Positions 23,405 to 35,037 of a DNA stretch of 64,000 bases are shown in pieces. Origin of the DNA: Octopus sinensis. Its lineage: Eukaryota. Position 1 is the stretch's first letter; each line of letters begins with the position of its first letter. The stretch spans positions 24,800,001 through 24,864,000 of the forward strand of contig NC_043018.1 of NCBI RefSeq assembly GCF_006345805.1, given 5' to 3'. Made by a program: the position numbers and the translations under genes. The notes beneath the pieces were generated by a model. It was not told the DNA's origin and did not search any database. It saw only the letters and a program-made list of their open reading frames with translations.

Positions 23405-24826
23405 ACCCTGCTGGTGCTGACACCAGGTAAAAAGCATCCAGTCCACACTGTGAAGTGGTCGGCATTTGGAAGGGCATCTGGCTGTAAAAACCATGCCAAA
23501 ACTGACCTCTCCTCTGCTGGTGCCATGTAAAAAGCACTCAGTCTACTCTATGGGGTGGTTGGCATTTTGAAGGGCGCCCAACTGTAAAAACCCTACCAAA
23601 ACAGACACAGTAGCCTGGGTTAGTCTTCTTCTACCTGGCCAGCTCCTGACAAACTGTCCAACCCATGCCAGCATGGAAGACAGGCATTAAATGATGATGA
23701 CGATTAGGGGTCAGATGAATTTATTTTTTCTGTATTTATTTTTAATTCTTTCCAATATTTTATCTTTTACTTGTTTCAGTCATTAGACTGTGGCCATGCT
23801 GGAGCACTGCCTTGAAGAATTTTTAGTCAAATGACATGACCCCACTCCTTTTTTTTTTCCTTTAAAGCCTGATACTTATTCTCTCAGTCTCTTGCTGAAC
23901 CACTAAGTTACAGGGATGTAAACACACCAACACCGGTTGTCAAGTGGAGGGAGGGGGACAAACACAGACAGAGAGACAGACACATACACCCACACCCACA
24001 AACATGACAGGCCTATTTTAGTTTCTGTCCGCCAAATCCACTCACAAGGCTTTGGTCAGCCCAAGGCTATAGTAGAAGACACTTGCCAAAGGTGCTCTGC
24101 AGTGGGACTGAACCTGGAACCTTGTGGTCGGGAAGCAAGCTTCTTGCCACACAGCCACATTTGAATTAGTACAAAAGATATTTTTATTGCAGTTTTTCAT
24201 GTTTTTTTTAAATATATTTTTTTATTTCTAGCCTTATTCTTCCTCTACAACTTTTATTTATCATTTTTGAAATTTGAGTAAATTTTACCTCTTTTCAGAT
24301 ATATGATCATGGAGTGCCAAGTATAATCCCCACCCCACAACAAAAAAAAAACAAACAAAACCCAATCCAACTCATCCGACAGGGTTTTACACAGTTTCCA
24401 TCAAACCAATGTCGCTTTCATTTATAAGGTTTAGGCTGACTCAAGGTTATATGTGGCACGTAAAAAGCACCATCCGTTTGTGGCCATTGCCAGCCTCACC
24501 TGGCCCCCGTGCCGGTGGCACATAAAAAGCACCATCCGATTGTGGCCATTGCCAGCCTCACCTGGCCCCCGTGCCGGTGGCACATAAAAAGCACCATCCG
24601 ATTGTGGCCATTTGCCAGACTCGTCTGGCACCTGTGCCGGTGGCACGTAAAAAGCACCCACTACACTCATGGAGTGGTTGGCGTTAGGAAGGGCATCCAG
24701 CTGTAGAAACATTGCCAGATCAAACTGGGCCTGGTGCAGCCTTCTGGCTTCCCAGACTCCAGTTGAACCGTCCAACCCATGCTAGCATGGAAAGCGGACA
24801 CTAAACGATGAGGATGATGATGATGA
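23405..24826. mobile_element. RTE 3'-tail copies (23405-23703 +, 24451-24826 +) flanking a family 1 SINE (23760-24160, -)
   Basis: GGCGTTAGGAAGGGCATCCAGCTG block, CCATGC(T/C)AGCATGG hairpin and (GAT)n tails. 24451-24660 holds about four ~61-bp GTGCCGGTGGCAC units. Confidence 0.85.
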
Positions 24827-25982
24827 TCAATGATGCCACACAGTTGGATTGAACTCAAGACTTCATGGTCATGAACTGCTTAACCACTTGTCCATGCTTT
24901 CAATACAACATATTCTGTGTCTGAATGAAAAGGGCCGGATATTCACAGCTGGATAAGCTTTGATCGTGGGTCTCCAGGAAGAGGGCTTACTGTGCTGGAA
25001 CTGAGAAAGACAACGACAACTGCAACAGCAGCAGTACAGGTAGCCCCTGCAGCAACAACAGCAGCAGCCACAACAACAACAGCAGCAGAGGCAACAACAA
25101 CAATACCAGCAGATATGATTTGGAAGCAGAACAAAAATAAAATAAAACTGGATTACGAAAGAGAGTTATTGTTTGTTTTTTTTTTCCTTCTGTGTTTTTT
25201 TTCTCTAAAAGTTCTTCCTTGAGCCAATGAAAACCAAATATTATAAAAAAAAAAAAATGAAAAAATATCTCCAGGAACTAATAATGGTTTGTCATCCTGT
25301 GGTGTGGTGCTTGAAATGGTTCCAATATTGATCAATTTTTATGCTTCAAGAAACACAAAGAGAAGGAAAATGGTAAAACAACAAAACCAGCATACTCCAA
25401 TATTTTTCCAGATAATTAAGAATTCTTCTTCATGTTTAGAATTCCTTTCAATCCAAATGTGACAAAAAAAAAAGCAGAACACAAAAAAAAACTTATACAA
25501 AGAAATAACTTTTTCTTTTGTTTTTAAGTTTTTTTAAAAGCCTTTTTCTAATTTTTCTTTTCTTTTTGGAATGTATTTGTTTTGTTAAAACCAACTTTGG
25601 CCTCAAGCACCGTGGCCCACCACAGGCTTCCTTCCCTGTTGTGTTTCTCCAATAAGACAAATCATCTTATGTAGAAGAAACCATCAAGGAAGTTTCCAGG
25701 TGGTATGGTTCACTTGATCTGCTAGAAATATCAGTTAAATCTCCCTTTAACTCACACACTCTGCTAGCTTAAAAGAAAGGAAAGACACATTAAATAATGT
25801 ACTCATGTCAAAAAAAATCCTTTCAAATAAAAAAAAAATCCAAGGATTGATCGTGGATGGAATGCTTTTCATCATAGGTCTCCCTGCTGGATCAGGAGTT
25901 GACCTAGGGTTAAACATCAACATCATATCACGTTTATAAACTAAAATACCACCACCACCGCTGTCACTGCTACAGCCACCAC

Positions 25983-26021
<39 letters not shown>

Positions 26022-26080
26022 TTTTTGAATTTGGTTTGCAATATTCTTTATGTGAGTCTGTGTGTTGAAGCATATTCTGC

Positions 26081-26246
26081 TGTGTCTGGGGAGAGTCATT
26101 CTCTTTCAATGCCTTATAACAACTATTAAAAAGGTTGCAAGATGCAATGAAAATTTTAGAAAAGTGAAAAAGAAATATATGGAAATTTTACCAGTGACTG
26201 TGTTAAATAATAAGGCACTAAAAGAGAATGGCTCTCCCCAGACACA
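26081..26246. repeat. Small MITE-like inverted repeat (~37-bp arms)
   Basis: TGTGTCTGGGGAGAGTCATTCTCTTT...GCCTTAT (26081-26117) versus its reverse complement at 26210-26246. Confidence 0.8.
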
Positions 26247-26671
26247 CCAGAATTATTATAATTATTTTTTTATTATCATTTCATTATATGTAAACCTGAA
26301 CACTTAATGTCTGTCTTTGTATTGTCCCTCTCATTCCTCACCCTTGTGACAAATAAATGAAATTATTATTATTATTATTATTTATATATTAACATACTAA
26401 AGCAAGATGTGTTATGCTGTCATGTGGTTAGTTGAAGGGGGGGAGAGCAAAAGAAACAGGGAGAGAGAAGTGTTAATGACATGAGGTAGGAGGAAAGTAT
26501 TAGTTATTACACTAAGACACTGTCAAGCGGTCAGTTCAAAGGAGGAATGAAAAGAAAGAGAGAGAGAGAGAGAGAAAGAGTGTGTTAGTGGTGAAAGGCA
26601 AAGGGAAAGGGTTTGCTATTATGTTGTGTGGTGAGTTAGCTGAAGAAAGAGGTAGAAAGTAAAGAGAAAAA

Positions 26672-27075
26672 TCATCATCATCATCATCATTTAACATCCA
26701 TTGTCCATGCTGGGATGCGTTGGATGGTTTGACCAGAGCTGGCAAGATGGAAGGCTGCACCAGATTCCAGTCTGATTTGGCAAGGTTTCTATGGCTGGAT
26801 GCCCTCCCTAATGCCAACCACCTTAAAGAGTAGTATGCTGGGTGCTTCTATGTGGCACTGCACAGGTGCAATATACCATGAGTACTTTTATGTGGCATCA
26901 CATGGGTGCTTTTATGTGGTATTTCATGAGCACTTTTATGCTGCACCGCATGGACACTTTTACACTGCACCACACAAGCACTTTTACACTGCACCACACA
27001 AGCACTTTTACACTGCACTACACAAGCACTTTTACATCACACCTCACAGGCACTTCTACACTGCACCACACAGGC
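26672..27075 (-). mobile_element. RTE 3'-tail copy ending in a 24-bp minisatellite
   Basis: (CAT)n-led tail, then units AGCACTTTTACACTGCACCACACA (about six copies, 26930-27075) preceded by related GTGCTTTTATGTGG units. Confidence 0.8.
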
Positions 27076-29089
27076 AACTTGTGAAGTAAACACAGCAATG
27101 TCACTCAGCACACTGTCCCATGAAGGTCATTGTTTGCTCTCACTGCACATGCAACTGTGTGCTACCATCTGTTGGCATGCTACAGAACTAGTCTGAGAAC
27201 TTTTTGATACCACCTTGTACGTACATATGTAAACAAGTTGCAGGTTGTGAATCGAAGGAAGATTTGGCTGCTATATCTACCATGGTTAGCTACCACATAG
27301 CAGTTTCCCACATTAGCTCATCACACACACACACACACACACACACAAAGACAGCAGGATATGAAATGAAAAGAGATTTGGCAGCAACTCAGCTGCTATT
27401 TCTAGTAGGTCAAAAGACCACATGACCGGCACCGACCCATCTTGAGCTTCTCCTCGTTGGTTCATTGTTTTACAGTAAGGGGTGAGAACGGGGTTAGAGA
27501 TGTACCCAGGGGTGAAAATCGGGCTACCCCCAGGTTGATAGCTGTTCTTTCACAGATATTTTCTGCAAGGTTTAACAACTAATGCCTGCTAATGTCTTTA
27601 TCATGTGTTACCGTTTCCTTCCTCTTCTCCCTTATCATCATCATCATCTTACTGCCATCTCTCCAGGTCCCATGTTCTTCCCTTTGTCTCTACAGGAAAA
27701 ATTTCCTTTTACAAGTTTTTTTTGTGTGTGTGTGGGGGGGGGGAGATTCTCTATCAGTTTTCTTTTTCTTTTTTGGCGGGGGGTGGGGGTGAATGTTCCC
27801 CCATGCTTTTTTTTTCCAGTTCTTTTTGCTTGATTTTTGGTTTTTTTTTAAAAAACTTTTTGTTGTTTTTGATCGCTGGTGTTGTTGTTGCTGTTGTAGC
27901 CGTTGCTGTTTATGCTGTAGTGTAAGTCTGTTGTTGATAAAGTTGTTAAAAAGGTCTTGTTTGTTGGCTCTTTATTTTTCAATTTTATTTTTCAGCTGAG
28001 AGAGAGAGAGAGAGAGAGAATGGGGGAGGGAGAGAGAGAGAGAGAGAGAAAGATTAAGGATGTTGTTGTTTTTAAATTTCACTTTGAAGCTCCAAACATG
28101 TTTCAGGTTCATGCAGTCAGGTTCATTTGAGATATGTGTGTGTGCATGCATATGTAAAAATATATATATATATATATATATATATACAAGTGTGCTTATG
28201 TGACTGTGGATATATCTGAATGCACACACACACACATCAATGTGTCAGTCATGTATATATGTGCATAAGTGTTTGTTTAGGTGTGTATATGTGTGTGGGG
28301 GGAATGGTGCTTGTGTATGTATGTGCATAAGTGTACCTATGTGCTTGTGATTGCGTCTGAATATGCATGTACCTATGCGTAAATATACATGCATGTATGT
28401 TTTTTGGTTATGTGCATGTGTACTTATGTGTATACGTACGTATGTGTGTGTGTGTGTGTGTGTGTTTGGCAAGGAGAAGAAACTAGTACTACATGAACAA
28501 CAACAGCAGCAACATCAAACACCCTTCTTTATCAGGAATTACAAAATGGTAAATCTCACCCACCCGCCCATCTACCCACCCATCCACCTGCAGTGGAACC
28601 ATTTAAATAAAAATATAAATAAACAGGGTGGAGAAGGAATGTTCTTAGAAAGAATTAGATTTGACAATTTTGCAACTTTGGCAACGGTCCATTGACTTCC
28701 AGGGTGGATAGACGGATGGATGGTGGTAGAGAATGGTGTGGGGGGGGGGGAAAGAAATGGTAGAATGGTAGTGGTGATGTGGGTGGAAGTGGTGTGGAGG
28801 GGAAGTACTGCCCCCACCCCCACCCTCCTATGTTGTGAGTCTTATGCAGGACTGAATTTTTTGGGTGAGATACAAGTAGGGTATTATCTCAGTGTACCTC
28901 ATCCACCCTGAATCTTCGTATGTGCACAAAAAAGAAACGCATACAAGTGCGCTTGTGTGTGTGTGTGTATGCTTACACATATGCACATAAACATATATAT
29001 GCATACAAAACCACAGCTATATGCAATGGTACACGCACACACACACACATGCAGTCTTCAATGCTTTACACATACACACATATATACAC

Positions 29090-29263
29090 AGAGATAGACA
29101 GACAGAAAGAAAGAAAGATATATATATAGATAGATAGATAGACAGACAAACAGATGGAGAGATAGATAGATAAATAGACTGACAGACAGACAAACAGACA
29201 GATAGACTGACAGACGGACAGATAGACGGACGGACAGACAGGTAGATAGATAGATAGATAGAA

Positions 29264-29301
<38 letters not shown>

Positions 29302-29400
29302 GCGGAGAGATAGATAGACAGACAGACAGATAGATGGATGGACAGATAGGTAGACAGACAGACAGACAGACAGATAGATACACAGATAGATAGACAGATC
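29090..29400. repeat. (GATA)n/(GACA)n tetranucleotide microsatellite
   Basis: Directly visible. Confidence 0.97.
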
Positions 29401-30096
29401 ATAGATGTGTGGAAAGAGAAAGTGAGAAATATGTACTGAGAGAGAGAGAGAGAGAGAGTGTGTGTGTGTGTGTGTGTATGTGTGTATTAAGAGGGTGGGT
29501 AGTGGTGAAAAACGAAGATGATGAGAGAGAAGGAAAAGAAAGAGACAGATAGACAGAGTGAGGAAGTCTCTTTCTCACCCCCTCTTTATTTTAATAATAC
29601 ATTGGGGAAGCAGTGGCCTCTCTTAAAGAAAGAGTGAGAGTAGGGATTAGTTTTGGGTCCCTGAAGACACATGGCAGAGCAAGTGTAGAGGTGAGAGTTG
29701 CCTTACAAATGAGAGGGGTCAAACATCAGAGTGTAGGATTTGGTGAAGTGTGGGTGGGGGATGGCGAGGGAGGAAGAAGGGGAGAGAGAGAGAGAGAGAG
29801 AAAGAGTACATGCCTACATGTGTTGAAACAACACAGACTGTGAAGGAGGAATGTGTATACGTATATGCACACACACACATATATATATACATATATATAT
29901 ATATATGCATATACACATATATACATATACACACATATATATATGTATATGTATATATATATGTATATATATATATGTATATATATACGTATGTATATAT
30001 ATATATACATGTATATATGTGTGTGTGTATATACATATGTATATGTTGTATGTGTGTGTGTGTATATATGTATGTGTGTATATATATGTGTATATG

Positions 30097-30129
<33 letters not shown>

Positions 30130-30159
30130 GTGTGTGCGCGTGCATATATGTATACACCC

Positions 30160-30197
<38 letters not shown>

Positions 30198-30240
30198 GGG
30201 TGTGTGTATATATATGTATGTGTGTGTATGTGCATATGGT

Positions 30241-30281
<41 letters not shown>

Positions 30282-30571
30282 GATGAATACACACACACAT
30301 TCTGTGAAGAAAAGGCTCTGCCCTAAACATTAAAATTTATGTCTTACTACCACCACCGCCACCACAAACCCCAAAACCACCACCAAGACAGCAACAACAA
30401 TAACAACATGCAAAGTTATTCATGTTCCTATAATCTATATATTGTATGTAGTTTGGGACCACCATGTCCTCAGCATAGATGAAAGGGCCCTGTTGGGATT
30501 TGTCAACTTCTTGCTAAACCAAACTGATGTTCCATATGCGTGTATGTGAGTGTGAGTGTGTGTATGTGTGT

Positions 30572-30612
<41 letters not shown>

Positions 30613-31185
30613 TGAGAACCACTCACACGTTTGCTTTTTTGAAAATGTCTGTCGTCTGACCAAATATCTGGGTTGGTTGCTTTGACAACCACCAATGTTG
30701 ACAGACCCAGAACACACGCACACTCACACAAGTACACACACACGTTTGTATGTGTGTAGAATTGCATGTGTGGCTTGGTGGTTAGCGTCTTCCACTCATG
30801 ACTGTACAATTATGGTTTCAATTCTTGGACTGGGTGATGCATTGTGTTCTTGAGCAAGACACTTCATTTCCCATTGTTCCAGTCCACTCATCTGGCAAAC
30901 ATGAGTAAACCTGTGGTGGACAGGTGTCCTGTCCAGGAGGGGAATATACACACACCATAGAATCTGGTAAAATGTCCTTATTAGCCTATGGGTTGAGAAA
31001 GACTCTTGATCATAGGCATGGCTGTGTGGTAAGAAGCTTGCTCCTCAATCATATGGTTCTGGTTTCAGTCCTAGTGTGTGACACCTTGGAAAAGTGTCTT
31101 CTACTATAGCCTCAGCTTGACAAAGGCCTTGTGAGTGGATTTGGTATACAGGAACTAAACAAAGCCCATCCAATGTGTGTGTATA

Positions 31186-31816
31186 TCATCATCATCATCG
31201 TTTAACATCCGTTCTCTATGCTAGCATGGGTTGGACGGTTCGACTGGGGTCTTGGAAGCCAGAAGGCTGCACGAGGCTCCAGTCTTATCTGGCAGTGTTT
31301 CTACAGCTGGATGCCCTTCCTAATGCCAACCACTCCATGAGTGTAGTGGGTGCTTTTTACGTGCCACCTGCACAGGTGCCAGGCGAGGTTGGCAATGGCC
31401 ATGGTCGGATTGGTGCATTTTACGTGCCACCGGCACGGAAGCCAGTCTAGGTGGCACTGGCATCGGCCACGATTCGGATGGTGCTTTTTACATGCCACCA
31501 GCACGGAAGCCAGTCGAGGCGACGCTGGCATCGGCCACGATTCGGATAGCGCTTTTTACGTACCACCAGTCCAGGGATCCTGGCAACTGCCGGGTGCCAG
31601 TCATAGGATTGGTTCAATTTCGATTCCGATTTCGATTTCACTTGCCCCGACAAGTCTTCGCATGGGTGCCTGTTGTCGGATGAGGTTCGATTTCGACTTT
31701 GCTTGCCTCAACAGGTCTTTGTGTGTCCAAGGGAGGAAAGACATGCATAAGTGGGCTGGACTCACTTGTCCTGCCTGGTCTTCTCACGCACAGCATATTT
31801 CCAAATGTCTCGGTCG

Positions 31817-31819
<3 letters not shown>
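31186..31819 (-). mobile_element. 5'-truncated RTE LINE retaining the last codons of the ORF and a ~580-nt 3' UTR
   Basis: Minus strand begins SDRDIWKYAVREKTRQDK*, then a UTR with repeated GTGCC-NNN-GGCAC units and an (ATG)n tail. Confidence 0.85.
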
Positions 31820-31849
<30 letters not shown>

Positions 31850-31853
<4 letters not shown>

Positions 31854-32036
31854 GAGGTGCTGAAAAGTTCCTGGTTTTTAGGGTATTGCGAAAGGCCTGG
31901 TTGGAGGCCTAACCTTCTGAGTTCTTTCACAGGGCTTAGAAAAACTGAAGGACCGCTGCAATAAGTGTGTGAATCTGAGAGGCGAATATGTTGAATAAAA
32001 TCCTGTATTTTCTTTTACCTAAAGCCAGGAACTTTT
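31850..32036 (+). mobile_element. Internally deleted mariner derivative
   Basis: Left TIR-like TGAAGAGGTGCTGAAAAGTTCCTGG and right CCAGGAACTTTT. 31933-31998 encodes GLEKLKDRCNKCVNLRGEYVE*, a typical mariner C-terminus. Confidence 0.8.
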
Positions 32037-32041
32037 GTCTG

Positions 32042-32097
<56 letters not shown>

Positions 32098-32309
32098 ATA
32101 TATATATATTGTGTGTGTCTTTGTGTCAGTGTTTGTTACCCACACCACTTAACAACTGGTGTTGGTGTGTTTACATCCCTGTAACCTAGCAGTTCACCAA
32201 AACAACTGACACAATAAGTACCAGGTACAAACAAAACAAGAACAGGGGTCAATTCATTCAGCTAAAAATCCTTTAAGGTGGTGCCCCAGAATGGCCACAA
32301 GTAAAACAT

Positions 32310-32804
32310 AAAAGATAGCACAGTGGATAAAATGCTTTGTAGCATTTCTTCCAGCTCTCTGCATTCCAAGTTCAAATCTCACAAAAGTCGATTCCATCCT
32401 TCATTTCTCTGGGGTTGATAGAATAAGTTCTAGTGAAGTACTGGAGTTGAGGTAATCAACTTCCTGAGTTCAGATTCTGCTGAGGTTCGACTTTGTCTTT
32501 CATCCTTTTGGGGTTGATAAATTAAGTACCAGTTGTGTACTGGGGTTGATCAAAATTGCTAGTTTTGCACCAAGAATGAGAAAGGAAAGAAGGGTAGAAA
32601 GTTGGCAGAAATGTTAGCATGTTGGATGAAATGCTTCGTGGTATTTCATCAATTGCTACAATTTGAGTTCAAATTCTGCTGAGGTCAACTTAGCCTTTCA
32701 TCCTTTAGGAATTGATAAATTAAATACCAGTTGAACACTGGGGGTGATGCAATCGACTAGTCCCCTCCCTTAAAATTTCAGGCCTTATATCTATAGCAGA
32801 AATG

Positions 32805-32830
<26 letters not shown>
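32310..32830 (+). mobile_element. Head-to-tail family 2 SINE cluster
   Basis: Three repeats of GAGTTCAAAT/GAGGT(T)CGACTT...CATCCTTT...AAGTACCAG ending in (ATT)n. Confidence 0.8.
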
Positions 32831-32836
<6 letters not shown>

Positions 32837-32989
32837 TTTTTTTTCTTCTTTCAAATTTGCTTCCATTTCTTGCCGAGTGTCTTCCCGACTCCTAGGGCAA
32901 AGAAACTCATAGTATATGAAACTCATTGGTAGGCCATTAAACCAAACTCAATAGTTCGTTCATTTTTTTTTTTTTAAGTTATATTAAAA

Positions 32990-33026
<37 letters not shown>

Positions 33027-33560
33027 TCTTTTCACAGACCTGCCAAAATACAGAATATTACCATGTGGTGGTATTTTGCTAGACAACCAGGTTTACCAAT
33101 GCCAAAACCCAAAGAGTGAAAGTTTTAAAAGACAGCTGTCTTGGTGAGAGATCTGTTTTCTAGTTAATTAAATGCGATGATGAAATTTCCAATATGTCAA
33201 TCACACTTGCAAACTTTTACATTTGAGAAGTGTCTACACATACCTTAGATTATATATACATTATATACACAACTTGTGTGTGCATATATATATATTTACA
33301 CACACACTCACACATATACACACATACATATATAATATATATATATATATATATATACATACACACATATATACACACATACATACACACATATATACAA
33401 ACACACACACACACATATATACAAACACACACACACCAATATATACAAACACACACACACATATATACAAACACACACACATATATACAAACACACACAC
33501 ACACATATACAAACACACACACACACACATATACAAACACACACACACACACACATACAA

Positions 33561-33592
<32 letters not shown>

Positions 33593-34413
33593 TATATACA
33601 TACATATACACACACACATATATATACACACCCATGTATAAGCATACATCTGTCTTGTATCTTTTTACTTGTTTCAGTCATTAGATTGTGGCCATGCTGG
33701 GGCACCACCCTGAAGAATTTTAATTGAATGAATCAATCCTAGCATTTATCATGTTTTAAAGCCTGGTGCTTATTCTAATGGCCTCTTTTGCCAAATCACT
33801 ACAGAATGGGGAAATAAACACACTAATATGGGTTGTCAAGCAATGGTGGGGCGGCAAACGAACACAAATACACACAAGCGCATGCAAGAACCAACTCAAA
33901 ACAACACTAAAAGCCACTGGAATTGAACCTAAATCATTTGAAACACAAGCCTGAGACTGTACCAAGCAGCAGTGTTCCATCACCATTGGAACCCAAAACT
34001 TCGAAGCCACCAAAAGAGAAAAGGAAGAACTCAAGCGACAGGAGAGAAAGGCTCAACAAAACCAACCTCGTCTCTCCAACAACATTGCCATTCAGTCAAT
34101 GCCATTGGCTCTTCTATGCAAGAATTGGTCTACAGAGTCATTGATGGCATCACCATAAAGGAAGCATTCAGCAAAGAAGGAAATAAATTCTTGGATATGA
34201 AACATTCTTTGACTGGTTTCAGCCATTTGACTGCGGCCATGCTGGAGCCCGCTTTTAGTCGAGCAAATCGACCCCAGGATTTATTCTTTGTAAACCTAGT
34301 ATTTATTCTATCAGTCTCTTTTGCTGAACTGCAAAGTTACGGAGACGTAAAGGCACCAGCATCAGTTGTCAAGCGATGTTGGAGGATGGGGGGGGACAAA
34401 CACAGACACACAA

Positions 34414-34489
<76 letters not shown>

Positions 34490-34491
<2 letters not shown>

Positions 34492-34611
34492 AAATTAGAG
34501 ATAAAACCACTATTAGGCAAATCAAACAGTGAAAAACATAAACAAAACATAGAAATAAAGTTAATTAATATAATATACAAAATATATAAAAAATAGTGGT
34601 TTTATCTCTAA

Positions 34612-34616
<5 letters not shown>
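34490..34616. repeat. Perfect 25-bp inverted repeat in (TA)n (Penelope-like tail inversion)
   Basis: TTAAATTAGAGATAAAACCACTATT (34490-34514) and AATAGTGGTTTTATCTCTAATTTAA (34592-34616), flanked on both sides by TA repeats. Confidence 0.85.
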
Positions 34617-34644
<28 letters not shown>

Positions 34645-34646
<2 letters not shown>

Positions 34647-35037
34647 CGTAGGAGTGGCTGTGTGGTAAGTAGCTTGCTTACGAACCACATGGTTCCGGGT
34701 TCAGTCCCACTGCGTGCACCTTGGGCAAGTGTCTTCTACTATAGCCTTGGGCCGACCAAGCCTTGTGAGTGGATTTGGTAGACGGAAACTGAAAGAAGCC
34801 CGTCGTGTGTATATATATATATATATGTATGTGTGTGTATATGTTTGTGTTTGTCCCCCCAACATCGCTTGACAACCGGTGCTGGTGTCCCCGTAACTTG
34901 GTGGTTCGGCAAAAGAGACCGATAGAATAAGTACTAGGCTTACAAAGAATAATGCCTGGGGTCGATTTGCTCGACTAAAGGCGGTGCTCCAGCATGGCCA
35001 CAGTAAAATGACTGAAACAAATAAAAGAGTAAAAGAG
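34645..35037 (+). mobile_element. SINE family 1, near-complete
   Basis: Head boxes A and B, central microsatellite, (AAAAGAGT)n tail. Confidence 0.9.
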
